From Candidatus Amesbacteria bacterium RIFCSPLOWO2_01_FULL_48_25 (GTDB lineage: Bacteria > Patescibacteriota > Microgenomatia > CAZETR01 > Amesbacteraceae), in assembly GCA_001773695.1 (NCBI GenBank), contig MEXN01000007.1, positions 47,388 to 111,387 of the forward strand: 64,000 bases of DNA, in the 5' to 3' direction. Numbering within the stretch: position 1 is the stretch's first letter; each line of letters starts with the position of its first letter. The notes beneath the pieces are model-generated. The model saw only the letters and a list, made by a program, of their open reading frames with translations, was not told the DNA's origin and made no database searches. Position numbers and translations under genes: made by a program. Below are positions 35,967-45,017 of this stretch, piece after piece.

Positions 35967-36842
35967 TCAGCTTCTTCCGAATTCTTCCAGTAATTGTCTT
36001 TGTCTTCTGGATAAATTTTCGGGGAGTTTGATGAGGAGGCGGATATAGAAATCGCCGTGATCGCCTGAGCGAAGAGAGTGCAGTCTGGGTGCGCCACGGC
36101 CTGCTAGCCGGACGGTGGTCCCTGGTTGGGTACCTGGACGGATTTTGAGTTTTAAATCTCCGTCTAGCGTCGGAACTTCGGTCTCCCCCCCTAATATGGC
36201 CTGGGTGAAGGGGATGGGATGGTCTAGATAAAGGTCGTCGCTGTCACGCTTGAACTTGGCGTGAGTTTCAACTTCAAATGTGACGTCAAAATCGGAAAAA
36301 CGGAGGTGGGTGCCGGTATCGGCACCGGGGGGGATTTTTATGGTGTGTTTCTTGCCATCTATAGTCACTTCCTCGGTACCGCCTTTGATGGCGGTTAAAA
36401 ACGGAATACGCAAGGAGTAGTGGGGTTTGGCAGGCCCGCGACGGCCAGAAAAGCCGGTGCCACCGAAAAACTGTTCGAATATCTCGAAGGGATCGGAAAA
36501 ACCTCCAAAGTCGAAGTCGCCAAAGGGATTGGCACTGCCACCTCCGCCAGAATAATAATAGGTAAAGGGGCCTTGCTTGTATCCGCCTTGACCGCCAAAT
36601 CCACTAGCTGCGGCCGGGTCAAAGGCGGCATGGCCAAATTGATCGTATGTGGCTTTTTTCTTGGAATCGGAAAGAACTTGGTAGGCTTCGTTGATTTCTT
36701 TAAATTTGGTTTCGGCTTCCGGGGATTTATTTTTGTCCGGGTGCCACTCGAGGGCAAGCTTGCGGTAGGCTGATTTGAGTTCGGCAGCTGAGGCGGTCTT
36801 GGAAACGCCTAAAATATCGTAATAGTCTCTCTTGGTGGCCAT
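35967..36842 (-). CDS. dnaJ: DnaJ-family co-chaperone lacking the Zn-finger domain (CbpA-like)
   Basis: J-domain [32 protein letters not shown], Gly/Phe-rich region, C-terminal substrate-binding domains. No CxxCxGxG repeats. Confidence 0.85.
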   Translation of the reverse strand: MATKRDYYDILGVSKTASAAELKSAYRKLALEWHPDKNKSPEAETKFKEINEAYQVLSDSKKKATYDQFGHAAFDPAAASGFGGQGGYKQGPFTYYYSGGGGSANPFGDFDFGGFSDPFEIFEQFFGGTGFSGRRGPAKPHYSLRIPFLTAIKGGTEEVTIDGKKHTIKIPPGADTGTHLRFSDFDVTFEVETHAKFKRDSDDLYLDHPIPFTQAILGGETEVPTLDGDLKLKIRPGTQPGTTVRLAGRGAPRLHSLRSGDHGDFYIRLLIKLPENLSRRQRQLLEEFGRS

Positions 36843-36925
36843 GGCTGGTTATCAATTCTACCCCCGGAGTGCTAAGTTGACAATTGGAAATGACAAATCA
36901 CTTTTAAATTATTATCCTGTAGTAG

Positions 36926-37234
36926 TTGGTTGAACCGATTTTCAGAGGGATAGAAAGAGCGTTTTTGATTGACCAAATAAGAAAAGTTGATAGACAAATG
37001 GGTTTCCATCAGGGGGCGGCAAATACTTTTGGTATAGCTGCTTCAAAAGAAGGCGTAGGGGGTTGGCCTAAAGTTTACTTCGGGAACGAGAGGAGAGCTC
37101 TTGGTCGGGACATCAAAAAAGAGGGGGGGGAGCTGGGCCGGCTTTTGAATTCACAGGCATTAAGACTTCGGGCTATGGAAGCTGTGATGGTATGGTCGGC
37201 AGTGGCAGGATTGGCAATTGGAATGTTGAAATAG
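36926..37234 (+). CDS. Hypothetical small protein with a C-terminal TM helix
   Basis: 102-aa ORF ending ...RLRAMEAVMVWSAVAGLAIGMLK. Confidence 0.25.
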   Translation: MVEPIFRGIERAFLIDQIRKVDRQMGFHQGAANTFGIAASKEGVGGWPKVYFGNERRALGRDIKKEGGELGRLLNSQALRLRAMEAVMVWSAVAGLAIGMLK

Positions 37235-37329
37235 AGCTGCGGGAGATATTAAAATTACTTCCTACTTCGACAAAAATTTTGAGAAGATGGGGTTTGAGGT
37301 GTTATAATTTCGGCTATGTCTGCATTTGA

Positions 37330-37491
37330 ATGGCGAGGGCGGCAATAAAACAAAAGAATGAGTTTCGGGAGAGAGCACAAAATGCTGAAAGGAAGGAGTG
37401 GAATCTGGTAGTATTGGGGGGCACGATAAGCGGTGTTTTCGCTGGAGCTGCTGTGTATCTGGCTAGTACGCATATTTTCGGGTGGTGGTAA
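37330..37491 (+). CDS. Hypothetical 53-aa tail-anchored membrane protein. Not in the ORF track; found by manual translation.
   Basis: ATG at 37330 reads MARAAIKQKNEFRERAQNAERKEWNLVVLGGTISGVFAGAAVYLASTHIFGWW*. An extended -10 TGtTATAAT lies at 37292-37300. Confidence 0.25.
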   Translation: MARAAIKQKNEFRERAQNAERKEWNLVVLGGTISGVFAGAAVYLASTHIFGWW

Positions 37492-37541
37492 TCAAGTGAG
37501 GGGTTTGATACAATCGAGAGGAGCCGGATGGCTTTATTTTT

Positions 37542-39692
37542 ATGGCGGCGGGAGATATTAAGACTACAAATCGGGATGTGCCGTTGGATCGGGTGCGGAA
37601 TATTGGGATAATTGCCCATATCGATGCGGGGAAGACGACCACCACGGAGCGGATTTTATTTTATACCGGAAAGAGCTACAAAATCGGAGATATCGATGAG
37701 GGTGACACCCAAATGGATTGGATGGCGCAGGAAAGGGAGCGGGGAATTACGATCGTTTCGGCGGCAACGACGACATTCTGGACTGTGACCGACCCCAATT
37801 CCCCGGTGGGCAACGAATCGTTTAGGGTAAATATTATTGACACACCGGGACACGTGGACTTTACGGCGGAAGTAGAACGATCTTTGCGGGTATTGGACGG
37901 TGCGGTGACAGTACTAGATGCAGAGGAGACGGTGCAGTCACAAACTGAAACGGTATGGCGACAAGCTGATAAATACAAGGTTCCGCGGATTATTTTTGTG
38001 AATAAAAACGACAAACTGGGAGCCAATTTTGAGGGAACAGTTAAGGCTATTATCGAAAGACTAGGAGCAAACCCTGCAGTGATGGCATATCCTATTGGGG
38101 CTGAACAATCATTTCGCGGAGTAGTATTACTATTGGAAAAGAAGGCTTTGATTTGGCAGGGAGACGAGACGGGGGCAAAATTTACTGAAGAAGAAATACC
38201 GACTGACATGGCTGAAGTGGTAGAAAAGTGGCGGGCAAAACTAATTGAGCAGATTTGTGAAACGGATGACACTCTTTTAGAAAAATTTCTGGCGGGCGAA
38301 GAGCCGACCGTACCAGAGTTGAAAGCGGCAATGCGCCGGGCGGTAATTGCTTATAAATTGGTACCGGTCTATGCGGGCGCGTCATTACGCAACAAAGGAG
38401 TGCAGCCGATGCTGGATGCTATCGTAGAATACCTGCCCTCGCCTGTGGACATAGACCACGTCAAAGGAGTGGCGCCAACAACGGGTGAGACAGTTTTTCG
38501 AAAAACCGTGGTGGAGGAACCGTTTTCCGGGCTGGCTTTCAAAATCCAGACCGATCCGCATGTGGGAAGATTGACTTATGTGCGGATCTACTCCGGAAAA
38601 CTTTCGGCCGGGCAGTCGGTGTGGAATGCTTCCAAGCAGAAAGAAGAGCGGATCTCCCGGATGCTTCTCATGCATGCTAACAAGCGAGAAGAAATTGATG
38701 CGGCTTATGCGGGGGAAATCGTGGCCTTGGTCGGACTGAAAGAGGCAACAACGGGAAACACCCTATCCGACCGGAGTCACCCGATAATATTGGAGTCGAT
38801 AACATTTCCGGAGCCGGTAATCTCACTGGCCATCGAGCCCAAAACTAAATCCGACCAGGAAAAGATGGGGTATGCCCTAAACAAATTATCGGATGAAGAT
38901 CCGACGTTTAAGATCAAGACCAATCACGAGACTGGGCAGACGATCATATCCGGAATGGGGGAACTGCATCTGGAGATTATCGTGGACCGGATGAAGCGGG
39001 AGTTTTCTGTGGAGGCGGATACTGGGGCGCCCCAGGTGGCATATAAAGAGACTATTAAAAAGATGGCCGAGGGAGAGGGAAAATATATCCGTCAGTCCGG
39101 TGGGCGGGGGCAATATGGACATTGTTATATCCGGATTGAACCACAAACCCGGGGAGTTGGATATGAATTTGTGGATGCGATTAAAAGCGGGGCGATTCCG
39201 AATGAATTTATTCCGGCTGTAGAAAAGGGTGTGCGTGAAGCGATGGAGAATGGTGTACTGGCTGGGTTTCCGACTGTAGACATGAAGGTGACTTTGTACG
39301 ATGGGACTTATCACGACGTCGATTCCTCGGAAATGGCGTTTAAGATTGCCGGGTCGATGGCATTCCAGCATACGGCCAAAATAGCCGACCCAGTTTTGAT
39401 TGAGCCGGTAATGAAGGTGGAAGTATCCACCCCAAACCAGTTCATGGGAGACGTGATTGGGGACTTGTCCTCAAAAAGGGCCCAGATATTGGGAACGGAC
39501 AAGCGGGGGCATCTGACGATTATTAATGCCTATGTCCCCTTGGCCGAATTGTCCGGGTACGCGACGAAGTTACGGTCGCTGACCCAAGGGCGGGCGTCAT
39601 ATTATATGGAGCCGTCGCATTACGAAGAAGTGCCGCGAAACATTGCTGAGGGAATAATCGCCAAATCTGGTAAAATGGCTGCAAATGGCTGA
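37542..39692 (+). CDS. fusA: Elongation factor G
   Basis: 716 aa. [15 protein letters not shown] and DTPGHVDF. Ends with a TGA stop. Confidence 0.97.
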   Translation: MAAGDIKTTNRDVPLDRVRNIGIIAHIDAGKTTTTERILFYTGKSYKIGDIDEGDTQMDWMAQERERGITIVSAATTTFWTVTDPNSPVGNESFRVNIIDTPGHVDFTAEVERSLRVLDGAVTVLDAEETVQSQTETVWRQADKYKVPRIIFVNKNDKLGANFEGTVKAIIERLGANPAVMAYPIGAEQSFRGVVLLLEKKALIWQGDETGAKFTEEEIPTDMAEVVEKWRAKLIEQICETDDTLLEKFLAGEEPTVPELKAAMRRAVIAYKLVPVYAGASLRNKGVQPMLDAIVEYLPSPVDIDHVKGVAPTTGETVFRKTVVEEPFSGLAFKIQTDPHVGRLTYVRIYSGKLSAGQSVWNASKQKEERISRMLLMHANKREEIDAAYAGEIVALVGLKEATTGNTLSDRSHPIILESITFPEPVISLAIEPKTKSDQEKMGYALNKLSDEDPTFKIKTNHETGQTIISGMGELHLEIIVDRMKREFSVEADTGAPQVAYKETIKKMAEGEGKYIRQSGGRGQYGHCYIRIEPQTRGVGYEFVDAIKSGAIPNEFIPAVEKGVREAMENGVLAGFPTVDMKVTLYDGTYHDVDSSEMAFKIAGSMAFQHTAKIADPVLIEPVMKVEVSTPNQFMGDVIGDLSSKRAQILGTDKRGHLTIINAYVPLAELSGYATKLRSLTQGRASYYMEPSHYEEVPRNIAEGIIAKSGKMAANG

Positions 39693-39885
39693 CTTGGTTA
39701 AAAAAAGGTTGACTCGGGGGACGGAGAAAAAATTGGTGGGGGTGTGCTCTGGTATTGGAGATTATTTGGGAGTTGATCCGGTGCTCGTTAGATTGGCATG
39801 GGTACTGATAACTGTGTTTACGGGAATATTTCCAGGGCTGATTGCCTACATACTGGCCGCTTGGGTGATGCCGGAAAAGAAGTAG
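39685..39885 (+). CDS. PspC-domain small membrane protein
   Basis: [49 protein letters not shown] matches the PspC N-terminal domain. The start overlaps the fusA stop. Confidence 0.6.
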   Translation: MADLVKKRLTRGTEKKLVGVCSGIGDYLGVDPVLVRLAWVLITVFTGIFPGLIAYILAAWVMPEKK

Positions 39886-39889
39886 AGGA

Positions 39890-40126
39890 CTAGGGCAGGT
39901 CAGTAAGAAAGACGTGAACCGCGGCTCCGGTAACAAGGGAGACACCTGGAACAGCGTAGTTGTCACCTCTGGCTTTCCAGAGTTCGAGTTGATCAGGGGT
40001 AATGTTGTGTAATCGGACTTCTTCTCCAGTTTTAATTATGATGACTGCGTGTTTTTCGGGAGGTAAAGCGGGAGAGCCGGCGCCACAACCAAAGCCTGGT
40101 CCTTCAATTCGAGACATCGGGGCCAA
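39890..40126 (-). CDS. Hypothetical protein
   Basis: 78-aa ORF. GFGCGAG near the N-terminus. No family recognised. Confidence 0.3.
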   Translation of the reverse strand: MAPMSRIEGPGFGCGAGSPALPPEKHAVIIIKTGEEVRLHNITPDQLELWKARGDNYAVPGVSLVTGAAVHVFLTDLP

Positions 40127-40180
40127 AAAAAAGAGCCGGGTGGCTCTTTGAAATAAAATAATTTGTCCAGGTAGTCATGA

Positions 40181-40570
40181 ATGGCTCCTGGGAGTAAAGT
40201 ATATCACATGAAGTGGAGCGATAGGTTTTGGGTGACAATGCTCGTTCTTCTGCCTTTAATCGGAGTGTATCGGATAGGATATTATTTTTGGTACCACAAG
40301 CAGGTAATTGTAAAACCCTTAGAAGGAGAGTGGAAAAACTATGGGAAATGTAAGAGGGATAGCGAGTGTGCAAAAACCGCTAACCCTAATTGCAGCGGGT
40401 GCGGGTGCGGGGTGTATATAAATCGAGAATCTTTAGGAAATTATATGGATCAACTTAAGAAACAGTGTCAGGGAGAGTCGGGGCAGGTGTGTTTCGGGGC
40501 AGTATGCCCACAAACCAATGCGGCGTGTATTGAGGGATATTGCGTGGGGAAGAGAATTGAGTCCCAGTAA
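40181..40570 (+). CDS. Cysteine-rich membrane-anchored/secreted small protein
   Basis: N-terminal signal-anchor FWVTMLVLLPLIGVY. 10 Cys in the C-terminal 70 aa (CKRDSECAKTANPNCSGCGCG...CIEGYCVG). Confidence 0.5.
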   Translation: MAPGSKVYHMKWSDRFWVTMLVLLPLIGVYRIGYYFWYHKQVIVKPLEGEWKNYGKCKRDSECAKTANPNCSGCGCGVYINRESLGNYMDQLKKQCQGESGQVCFGAVCPQTNAACIEGYCVGKRIESQ

Positions 40571-40621
40571 TTGACCCTTGCAAAGGGAAGCTGGGATGCG
40601 ATAGAATCGTTACCGCATCAT

Positions 40622-41800
40622 ATGGCGACATTTCAAAGAACCAAACCGCACGTCAACATCGGAACTATTGGTCATGTGGACCATGGGAAGACGACTTTAA
40701 CTTCGGCTATCACCATGGTTTTGGCCAAAAAGGGGATGGCGACTGCCAAAAAGTACGAGGACATTGATTCGGCACCGGAAGAAAGAGCCCGAGGAGTGAC
40801 GATTAATTTATCCCACCAGGAGTATGAGACGGAGAAGAGGCACTATGCCCACATCGATGCGCCGGGTCACGCCGACTACATCAAGAACATGATTACCGGA
40901 GCTGCCCAAATGGACGGGGCGATTTTGGTAGTATCTGCCGCGGATGGGCCTATGCCCCAGACCCGAGAGCATATTCTTTTGGCCAAGCAGGTGAATGTGC
41001 CGGCGATCGTAGTGTTTTTGAACAAATGCGATATGGTGGATGACGAGTCACTTTTGGATCTGGTCGAGATGGAAGTTAGGGAGCTACTGACTAAATACGG
41101 CTACAAGGGGGACGAAGTGCCCATAATCCGGGGATCGGCACTAAAGGCTACTGAGGGGGATGCCAAGTATGAAGAGAAAATAATTGAACTGATGAAGGCG
41201 GTCGATGAACACGTGCCAACTCCCGTACGGGAACTGGACAAGCCGTTTTTGATGCCGATTGAAGACGTGTTTTCTATTAAAGGCCGGGGGACGGTGGTAA
41301 CCGGCCGGATTGAGCGGGGCGTGGTCAAGCTAAACGAGACTATTGAAATTGTAGGAATTAAGGCTACTAAGTCGACGGTTGTAACCGGGGTAGAGATGTT
41401 TAGAAAGCAACTTGATGAGGGTCAGGCGGGAGACAATGTGGGAGTCTTGCTGCGCGGAATTGAAAAGGACGACGTGGAAAGAGGGCAAGTGCTAGCTAAG
41501 CCGGGGAGCATTACCCCGCACACCGAGTTTGAAGCCGAAGTGTACATCTTGAAGAAGGAAGAGGGTGGACGGCACACTTCTTTCTTCACTGGGTATAGGC
41601 CGCAGTTTTACATCCGGACAACGGATGTGACGGGCGAGGTGACCCTCGCTTCTGGCGTCGAGATGGTCATGCCCGGAGATAACGCCAAGATGAAAGTGAA
41701 GTTGATCGTGCCAGTCGCTATTGAAGAGGGATTGAGGTTTGCTATTCGCGAGGGCGGTAAAACCGTGGGTGCGGGAGTAGTGACCAAAATTATTAGTTAG
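40622..41800 (+). CDS. tuf: Elongation factor Tu
   Basis: Start placed at [27 protein letters not shown]. The track ORF begins at an upstream TTG. Confidence 0.97.
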   Translation: MATFQRTKPHVNIGTIGHVDHGKTTLTSAITMVLAKKGMATAKKYEDIDSAPEERARGVTINLSHQEYETEKRHYAHIDAPGHADYIKNMITGAAQMDGAILVVSAADGPMPQTREHILLAKQVNVPAIVVFLNKCDMVDDESLLDLVEMEVRELLTKYGYKGDEVPIIRGSALKATEGDAKYEEKIIELMKAVDEHVPTPVRELDKPFLMPIEDVFSIKGRGTVVTGRIERGVVKLNETIEIVGIKATKSTVVTGVEMFRKQLDEGQAGDNVGVLLRGIEKDDVERGQVLAKPGSITPHTEFEAEVYILKKEEGGRHTSFFTGYRPQFYIRTTDVTGEVTLASGVEMVMPGDNAKMKVKLIVPVAIEEGLRFAIREGGKTVGAGVVTKIIS

Positions 41801-41816
41801 TGCGTTGCTCTTTTAT

Positions 41817-42125
41817 ATGGCAAAGGGAAGACTGAGAGTCAGACTGAAGTCTTTTGACCACCGGGTCATAGATGAGGCGGTAGCCAAGATATTGGATGCC
41901 GCGATTTCCACAGGGGCAAAAGTTGTAGGCCCAATCCCCTTGCCAACAGATAGAAAACTGATGGCGGTAAATACCTCTCCGCATACGGATAAAGACGCTC
42001 GGGAACATTTTGAGATGTTGGTGCACAAGCGGTTGATTGACGTGGTCGACCCGACGCCGAAGACCATCGAAGCTCTTTCTAATCTGGATCTGCCAGCCGG
42101 AGTGGATATTGAAGTGAAGATGTAG
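41817..42125 (+). CDS. rpsJ: 30S ribosomal protein S10
   Basis: MAKGRLRVRLKSFDHRVIDEA... ATG at 41817. Confidence 0.92.
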   Translation: MAKGRLRVRLKSFDHRVIDEAVAKILDAAISTGAKVVGPIPLPTDRKLMAVNTSPHTDKDAREHFEMLVHKRLIDVVDPTPKTIEALSNLDLPAGVDIEVKM

Positions 42126-42134
42126 AATAAGATT

Positions 42135-42374
42135 ATGCCGGAATACGATGTGGTTGTAACTACGAATGGTAACTACGCAAAGGCCACTCTTGACGGTTTT
42201 GTTCTAACCGCTGCGGTCATAGACGGTGGAGTTGTAAAGAGGTTTTGGTTTGACGGAGCAACACTGAGGATGGAAACGCCTGATATTTCTCATGAGGTAG
42301 CGAAGGCTTTGATGTTGGGATTAAGACTTAATTCCCGAGTCACTAAAGTGGAACTCGAACCTAAAAGGGTTTGA
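42135..42374 (+). CDS. Hypothetical 79-aa protein inserted between rpsJ and rplC
   Basis: Intact ORF MPEYDVVVTTNGNYAKATLDGF... No family recognised. Confidence 0.4.
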   Translation: MPEYDVVVTTNGNYAKATLDGFVLTAAVIDGGVVKRFWFDGATLRMETPDISHEVAKALMLGLRLNSRVTKVELEPKRV

Positions 42375-42377
42375 TGG

Positions 42378-42407
42378 TTGGAAACTTTCGGGGAAATCTG
42401 GTATACT
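42378..42407 (+). promoter_or_regulatory. Putative sigma70-type promoter: TTGGAA, 18-nt spacer with TG, TATACT. Lies upstream of the rplC leader.
   Basis: -35 TTGGAA at 42378-42383. TG at 42399-42400. -10 TATACT at 42402-42407. Confidence 0.3.
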
Positions 42408-42482
42408 GGGTTCACTGTGGGCAGAGAGAATTGCCAGACTATTGCTCCGGTACCGTAAGGTTGGCTAGGTAAGTTTTTATAT

Positions 42483-42504
42483 AGCGCCGACGGGCGCTTT
42501 TTTT
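42483..42504 (+). terminator. Intrinsic terminator or attenuator hairpin (AGCGCC-GACG-GGCGCT followed by TTTTTTT), 14 nt upstream of the rplC ATG
   Basis: Perfect 6-bp GC-rich stem, 4-nt loop, 7-T tract. Lies within an approximately 100-nt leader. Confidence 0.55.
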
Positions 42505-42518
42505 GACCGAAAACATAA

Positions 42519-43082
42519 ATGAACACCATATTTGCCAAAAAAATTGGAATGACTGGAAAATATACCCCTGACCGGGCGAGGGTGGGAGTAACAACGTTAC
42601 GGGTATTTCCAACTACGGTTGTGGGGTTAAGAACTAAGGACAAACATGGTTATGAGGCGGTGGTGGTCAAGTCACAAGTCACAAGTCACAAGTCACAGCT
42701 GCGGGAAATAAGGACCGGGGAGAAAATGGAGCCGGGGACGGAGATAAAATTGGAGGAGGTCTTAAAAGTCGGGGACGTGGTAAGAGTGGCTGGGATAAGC
42801 AAGGGAAAGGGATTTGCGGGAGTGGTAAAGAGGCACGGGTTTGCCGGGGGTCCCAGAACCCATGGACAATCTGACCGGGAGCGGGCGCCGGGATCGAGTG
42901 GGTCGACCACCACTCCGGGGAGAGTTTACAAAGGAAAGAGACGGGCGGGAAGAATGGGAAATGAAAGAATAAGCGTAAAGGGTCTTAAGGTTTTGGAAGT
43001 TGACACACAGAATAACTTGTTGACAATTATTGGGTCAGTGCCGGGAAGCCGCGGGGGGCAATTGGAGGTAAGCCGGATATGA
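42519..43082 (+). CDS. rplC: 50S ribosomal protein L3
   Basis: KKIGMTGKY... and GKGFAGVVKRHGF motifs. Confidence 0.95.
   Translation: MNTIFAKKIGMTGKYTPDRARVGVTTLRVFPTTVVGLRTKDKHGYEAVVVKSQVTSHKSQLREIRTGEKMEPGTEIKLEEVLKVGDVVRVAGISKGKGFAGVVKRHGFAGGPRTHGQSDRERAPGSSGSTTTPGRVYKGKRRAGRMGNERISVKGLKVLEVDTQNNLLTIIGSVPGSRGGQLEVSRI
42668..42698 (+). repeat. Perfect tandem heptanucleotide repeat (CAAGTCA)x4 inside rplC
   Basis: Read directly: tcaagtcacaagtcacaagtcacaagtcacag. Encodes QVTSHKSQ. Confidence 0.95.
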
Positions 43083-43705
43083 TTAGCGCAGGAAGTATTA
43101 ATTGGAAAGGAGAAGCCGGGGAAAAGATCACTTTACCCAAGGCTGTGTTTGAAGCGAAGGTCTCTCCTACTCTTTTGGCCCAAGCTCAGAGAGTGTACTT
43201 GGCAAACCAGAGGAAAGCTAGGGCCCGGACTAAAACCCGGGGGGAAGTGGAGGGATCGACCCGCAAAATCTACAGACAAAAAGGTACTGGGGGAGCGAGG
43301 CATGGCTCGATCAGAGCGCCAATTTTTGTAGGTGGAGGAATTTCCCACGGGCCGACGGGAGGACAAAATTATATACTGAAAATGCCGCGAAAAATGGGGT
43401 CGACGGCGCTTCTGGGGGCATTGGCTGATCGAGCGGCTTCTAAAAGAATAGTCGTCGTGACTGGCCTGAAGCTGCCGGAAAAAACCAAGGCGGCATCTTC
43501 GATGTGGAAGAAGGCAAAATTGGAAAAAGGGGCCCTTTTGGTAATATCCGACAAAGAGATGGCGGGGAGGAAGAGTTTTAGAAATTTGAAAGATGTGGAG
43601 GTAGCGCTGGCTTCTAGTTTAAACCCGTACGAGGTGCTTGGTTGTAAGCAATTAGTTATTTCTCAGGCTGCGATTGAGGCTCTTTCTAAAAGATATGTTA
43701 ATTAG
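43079..43705 (+). CDS. rplD: 50S ribosomal protein L4
   Basis: 208 aa, L4 family, overlaps rplC by 4 nt. Confidence 0.92.
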   Translation: MISAGSINWKGEAGEKITLPKAVFEAKVSPTLLAQAQRVYLANQRKARARTKTRGEVEGSTRKIYRQKGTGGARHGSIRAPIFVGGGISHGPTGGQNYILKMPRKMGSTALLGALADRAASKRIVVVTGLKLPEKTKAASSMWKKAKLEKGALLVISDKEMAGRKSFRNLKDVEVALASSLNPYEVLGCKQLVISQAAIEALSKRYVN

Positions 43706-43985
43706 GCCAATTATTACGGAAAAATCTCTGAGAGAAGCGGGTTTAAAACGGTATGCTTTCCGGGTAGCTAAGGATGCTTCTAAGCCTAAAATAGGGAAGG
43801 CTGTGGAAAAAATGTTTGGAGTAAAAGTACTTTCGGTACGAACAATGACCATGCCCGGAAAAGCTTACCGGACGGGTAAAAAGTGGAAACTGGGCCGTAG
43901 GGAAGACTGGAAAAAGGCTGTGGTAGCAATTAAACCGGATCAAAAAATTGATTTATTTGAAGTCGGGTCCCAAAAGGACAAATAA
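43695..43985 (+). CDS. rplW: 50S ribosomal protein L23
   Basis: MLIRPIITEKS... ATG at 43695. The track ORF begins at an upstream TTG. Confidence 0.9.
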   Translation: MLIRPIITEKSLREAGLKRYAFRVAKDASKPKIGKAVEKMFGVKVLSVRTMTMPGKAYRTGKKWKLGRREDWKKAVVAIKPDQKIDLFEVGSQKDK

Positions 43986-43988
43986 CAT

Positions 43989-44729
43989 ATGGAAAAAAAA
44001 CTAAGGCGGGTAATACCCAAACAATCAGGGCGAGGAGCTACTGGGCAAATAACTACCAGACACCAAGGAGGGCGGGAAAAGAGATTTTTCAGAGTGATCG
44101 ACTGGAAACGAGAGAAAAGGGATATGCCGGCCGTGGTAGAAGGGATTGAATATGATCCCAATCGGTCAGCTGATATAGCCTTGATCCTATATCCGGATGG
44201 AGAGAGAAGATATATTTTGGCACCAGACGGACTTAAGACTGGTCAATTGGTATCTAGTGGAGAAGCAGCACCACTGACATCTGGAAACGCATTGCCCCTG
44301 CGGGCGATACCAGTGGGAACACCGATTCATGCCGTAGAAATCCACCCAGGTAAAGGGGCCCAAATAGTGAGAGGTGCGGGGACTGCGGCGACTATTGTAG
44401 GCTTTGAAGATGCCTTCGCTTTGGTAAGATTGCCCTCCGGGGAAGTCCGGAGGTTTGCGACCGAGGCCTTGGCCACAATCGGTCAAGTGGGAAACACCGA
44501 GTGGAAAAACACGGTTTGGGGCAAAGCCGGGAGGAGACGCCATTTGGGAATAAGGCCCACGGTTCGAGGAACGGCCCAAAATCCAAGAAGCCATCCCCAC
44601 GGTGGCGGGGAAGGCCGATCTGGCGAGGGAATGCATCCCAAAACGCCGTGGGGCAAGCCCGCGCGGGGCAAAAGAACCCGGAATAAATTTAAGTATTCTA
44701 ATTATTTAGTCGCCCAAAGGAGAAAGTGA
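43989..44729 (+). CDS. rplB: 50S ribosomal protein L2
   Basis: 246 aa. Basic C-terminus [23 protein letters not shown]. Confidence 0.95.
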   Translation: MEKKLRRVIPKQSGRGATGQITTRHQGGREKRFFRVIDWKREKRDMPAVVEGIEYDPNRSADIALILYPDGERRYILAPDGLKTGQLVSSGEAAPLTSGNALPLRAIPVGTPIHAVEIHPGKGAQIVRGAGTAATIVGFEDAFALVRLPSGEVRRFATEALATIGQVGNTEWKNTVWGKAGRRRHLGIRPTVRGTAQNPRSHPHGGGEGRSGEGMHPKTPWGKPARGKRTRNKFKYSNYLVAQRRK

Positions 44730-44730
44730 T

Positions 44731-45015
44731 ATGGCCAGATCAAACAAAAAAGGACCATATATAGACCTAAAATTAATGAAGAAGGTGCAAAAACTCAAGG
44801 AGTCAGGCACTAGTACGGCTATTAAAACGTGGGCTAGGGGGAGTCAGATTCCGCCCGAGTTTGTAGGACTAACTTTTTCTATTCACACCGGAAACAAATT
44901 CGTAGATGTATTTATCACCGAAAGCATGGTAGGGCACCGGTTGGGAGAGTTTGCCCCAACGAGAGTGTTCCGCGGCCATGGAGCTATTGTTAAGAGAACA
45001 ATGGAAAAGACATAA
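44731..45015 (+). CDS. rpsS: 30S ribosomal protein S19
   Basis: [19 protein letters not shown]... with [11 protein letters not shown]. Confidence 0.95.
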   Translation: MARSNKKGPYIDLKLMKKVQKLKESGTSTAIKTWARGSQIPPEFVGLTFSIHTGNKFVDVFITESMVGHRLGEFAPTRVFRGHGAIVKRTMEKT

Positions 45016-45017
45016 AA

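Noticed and set aside
36843-37541. 700-bp gap upstream of fusA as a possible structured ncRNA (SRP RNA, RNase P, tmRNA, 6S)
   Set aside because: None of the conserved motifs of these RNAs (for example the SRP domain IV GGAA/AGCAG signature, the RNase P P4 sequence, or a tRNA-like end with a resume codon) could be found by eye. The region is better explained by two small ORFs plus promoters.
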